A stretch of 61,041 nt of DNA, counting the filler. It is 6 parts of 6 records of this genome, joined end to end, with 100 filler letters (N's around TTAATTAATTAA, not from the genome) between each part and the next. Parts side by side here need not be neighbours in the genome. Positions count along the whole stretch, not along the records: positions 55,320 to 61,041 come from DRR723986_10790; 5 more parts are not named here. One strand, given 5' to 3'. Both the position numbers and the translations under genes were made by a program. Below are positions 60,606 to 61,041 of this stretch, piece by piece; position 1 is the stretch's first letter, and each line of letters opens with the position of its first letter. The notes beneath the pieces were generated by a model that was not told where the DNA came from, did no database searches, and worked only from the letters and a program-made list of their open reading frames with translations.

Positions 60606-61041
60606 TTATTCCTGCGGAATGACCCGCAGACCCAGGTCCATCAACTGATCCGATGTTGGATCGGATGGCGCGTTCATCATCAGATCTTCGGCGCGTTGGT
60701 TCATCGGGAACAGGATAACCTGACGGATGTTCTGTTCGTCCGCCAGCAGCATCACGATCCGGTCGATGCCGGCCGCGCAACCACCGTGCGGCGGGGCGCC
60801 GTATTGGAAGGCGTTGACCATGCCACCAAACCGCTTGCGCACTTCTTCTTCGCCATAACCGGCGATTTCAAAAGCCTTGAACATAATTTCAGGACGGTGG
60901 TTCCGTATCGCGCCGGACACCAGTTCATAACCGTTACAGGCCAGATCATACTGATAGCCCAGAACGTCAAGTGGATCGCCTTGCAAGGCTTCCATCCCGC
61001 CTTGCGGCATGGAGAAGGGGTTGTGTTCAAAGTCGATCTTG
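60606..61041 (-). CDS. aspS: aspartate--tRNA ligase, C-terminal fragment
   Basis: [43 protein letters not shown]. Confidence 0.95.
   Translation of the reverse strand, partial: KIDFEHNPFSMPQGGMEALQGDPLDVLGYQYDLACNGYELVSGAIRNHRPEIMFKAFEIAGYGEEEVRKRFGGMVNAFQYGAPPHGGCAAGIDRIVMLLADEQNIRQVILFPMNQRAEDLMMNAPSDPTSDQLMDLGLRVIPQE

Overview
The window is not one locus. It is six unrelated contigs joined by artificial 100-nt spacers (44 N + TTAATTAATTAA + 44 N) at 6771-6870, 15262-15361, 28267-28366, 37715-37814 and 55220-55319. (1) 1-6770, unassigned bacterium: DUF5996-like protein, L,D-transpeptidase lipoprotein, Imm5-like orphan and a hybrid sensor kinase. (2) 6871-15261, Marinobacter-like gammaproteobacterium: MSHA pilus genes mshI1-I2-J-K-L-M, ssb, MFS transporter, uvrA (partial). 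(3) 15362-28266, Rhodobacteraceae: pdhB-pdhC, cysE and an apparently intact RcGTA-like gene transfer agent cluster (end of g5 through g15). (4) 28367-37714, Microbacteriaceae-like actinobacterium: murA, leuDC, terC, tRNA-Glu, lipid kinase, tRNA-Gln, gltX, MFS, FAH-family hydrolase. (5) 37815-55219, lower-GC alphaproteobacterium: XRE/membrane pair, rsmE, cysteine dioxygenase, gshA, iorAB, several small genes, uvrB, TorF-like porin, aspartate aminotransferase, dps, feoAB. (6) 55320-61041, Rhodobacteraceae: mce (partial), atypical response regulator, GNAT, pilin-like peptide, DUF1501/DUF1800, hemerythrin-domain protein, aspS (partial). Family and taxon calls come from motif recognition by eye, not database searches. 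No CRISPR array, IS element or defence island was seen. The most promising unexplained signals are a four-hairpin candidate sRNA with alternating CCCAA / UCUCUCCCC loops behind a sigma54-type torF gene, a nested structured element between the GTA capsid and adaptor genes, and an in-frame amber junction between the two GTA tail-chaperone genes.
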